This document shows, piece after piece, positions 57,226 to 58,603 of a stretch of 58,603 nucleotides of DNA. Numbering within the stretch: position 1 is the first letter of the stretch; each line of letters opens with the position of its first letter. The position numbers were made by a program, and so were the translations under genes. Origin of the DNA: an uncultured Eubacterium sp. (lineage in GTDB: Bacteria; Bacillota; Clostridia; Lachnospirales; Lachnospiraceae); NCBI GenBank assembly GCA_964518785.1, contig CAZFHT010000001.1:22673-81275 (forward strand). Reading direction: 5' to 3'. The notes beneath the pieces were generated by a model. That model was not told where the DNA came from, did no database searches, and worked only from the letters and a program-made list of their open reading frames with translations.

Positions 57226-58266
57226 TCACTTAAGTGTAATCTTAACTTTCTTCAATACCGAATTATTATAATCTTTTGTTTCGTTTACGCAGTAATATGA
57301 TTTTTTCAAAACCTTCAGTGCTTTTGCATTTTTCGGCACGACAACTTTTTTGTAGCAGAAATAATAGCTTCCTTCCGGCACTTTTTTGTATCCACTGTGT
57401 TTTTTCTGTTTAATCTTGCCAAAGTTTTTCAGCGTAGTAGATTTGCTCAAAAAACGAATTAATTTTGTCTTAATATTTTTCTTTGAATAAAAATATTTTA
57501 CATTTTTTCCGATTATGATTTCCGCCTTTGGGCATTCACTAAACCAACCCTCACCAATTTTTACTGTTTTGTACTTATCCGAAAACTGAACTTTCTTCAA
57601 ACAAGGATTCTGATAAAAGGCATATTTCCCAATCTTATCGGTCATGTTTTTCATGTATGGAATTGTCAGGGAAAGCAATCGTGCGTTAGAAAATGCATAG
57701 TCACCAATTTTCCCTTTAAACTCACCATCCGGGAAATTTACAGTTTTAATGTTGCTATTGGCAAATGCACGCTCACCGATAGTAATTTTATTACTTTTTA
57801 TGTTCACTGTTTCCAACTTCAACCCACCGCAACAGGCGTTAGCTCCGATTTTTATAACAGAACTCGGAAATGTGATTTCCTTTGTATTACCAAAATTAAA
57901 ACTGCTGTATTCACTATCATCACCAAATTCCCTGACACCGTCTGAAATGGTAATGGTCTCCACATCATTCATTGTTTCATCCCACGAATCGTATTTCTCA
58001 CCATTTTCAAAATAAATGCCATTTACATTATATCCGTCCAGTTTCGCCGGAAATGTCAAATTTTTGGATACTTGATACACACCAATAATATCGACTGATG
58101 TTTTGCTGTCATCATGAAAGCGGTATACATATTCTGTATTTTCTACATAAGTCGAGATTCCTTCCACTTTTTCTACCGCTGCTTTCGATGTACTGCAAGT
58201 TCCCAAAAGTACAAAAACGCAAAGCAAAAAACCAATTCCACCAACTATGATATTCCTAATTTTCAT
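57226..58266 (-). CDS. Secreted BspA/LRR_5-type leucine-rich-repeat protein
   Basis: Signal peptide; repeats ITFPSSVIKIGANA, IGERAF, IGDYAF, IGKYAF, IGEGWF; AT-rich. Confidence 0.82.
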   Translation of the reverse strand: MKIRNIIVGGIGFLLCVFVLLGTCSTSKAAVEKVEGISTYVENTEYVYRFHDDSKTSVDIIGVYQVSKNLTFPAKLDGYNVNGIYFENGEKYDSWDETMNDVETITISDGVREFGDDSEYSSFNFGNTKEITFPSSVIKIGANACCGGLKLETVNIKSNKITIGERAFANSNIKTVNFPDGEFKGKIGDYAFSNARLLSLTIPYMKNMTDKIGKYAFYQNPCLKKVQFSDKYKTVKIGEGWFSECPKAEIIIGKNVKYFYSKKNIKTKLIRFLSKSTTLKNFGKIKQKKHSGYKKVPEGSYYFCYKKVVVPKNAKALKVLKKSYYCVNETKDYNNSVLKKVKITLK

Positions 58267-58331
58267 ACTACCGCTCCTTTTATGTTTTTATATGCCATAG
58301 TATAACACAATATTAGATTCGAAACAACATT

Positions 58332-58472
58332 CCTTGCAGACACTAAAAAAGAAGGGCAGATTGACTCCTCTCGAAACGGAAACGCTACGCGTTAAAGTTT
58401 CTCGCTGAGTGAATCTGCTTTTCTTTTTAAATCTGTTTGGTGCTGCGGTGTGTCGCCTCACGACTACTCTGT
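58332..58472. repeat. ~140-bp palindromic element, copy 2 (direct orientation)
   Basis: Near-identical to 57074-57211. Confidence 0.9.
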
Positions 58473-58603
58473 ACCCTACTGACCTCTAAGCATTTAGATA
58501 TTGCAAAAATCAGGTAATGCAATAATTAACTCCCGGGAAATAATAAGTGGGGCTGTCGCTTTAACGATTAAAAAATCAGGAAGCGGCAGCTTCCTTTGTG
58601 CTG

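Noticed and set aside
57074-58472. CRISPR array or classical integron attC sites
   Set aside because: Only two ~140-bp copies separated by a 1.1-kb gene; no cas or intI gene; no clear RYYYAAC/GTTRRRY ends
58578-58595. Hairpin AGGAAGC-GGCA-GCTTCCT at the window end
   Set aside because: Probably a terminator of a gene outside the window; context is missing

Overview
Chromosomal segment of a spore-forming Clostridia-type Firmicute, probably Lachnospiraceae-like (inferred from spo0A, sigK, Csp-type protease and the gene order). Most genes lie on the minus strand. Housekeeping blocks are gap-pgk-tpiA, glgA, spo0A, ppx-ppk1, uppP, proS, the rsmE-thiI-mtaB-ruvX-rnj-birA-hflX block, murE, citrate synthase and sigK. 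Four accessory regions stand out. (1) 1-12.3 kb: a Ser/Thr phospho-signalling locus with a PASTA kinase, two PP2C phosphatases, three complete FHA proteins (one a vWA-TM-FHA receptor) plus a window-truncated paralogue, a degenerate HTH protein and a triple-DUF6273-like surface protein directly behind tpiA. (2) 19.2-20.1 kb: an AT-rich two-gene islet (DUF3990-like, ART-fold candidate, plus a small partner) with its own promoter overlapped by a perfect palindrome. (3) 29.8-37.1 kb: a stand-alone condensation / carrier / adenylation cluster (fatty-acid-amide type) with a hydrolase, GH3 and TetR. (4) 57.0-58.5 kb: an AT-rich LRR surface gene bracketed by two copies of a ~140-bp hairpin element. 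A three-way-junction leader precedes the pdaA-like gene. No rRNA, tRNA, CRISPR array, transposase or integrase was recognised. All family calls come from motif recognition by eye, not database searches.
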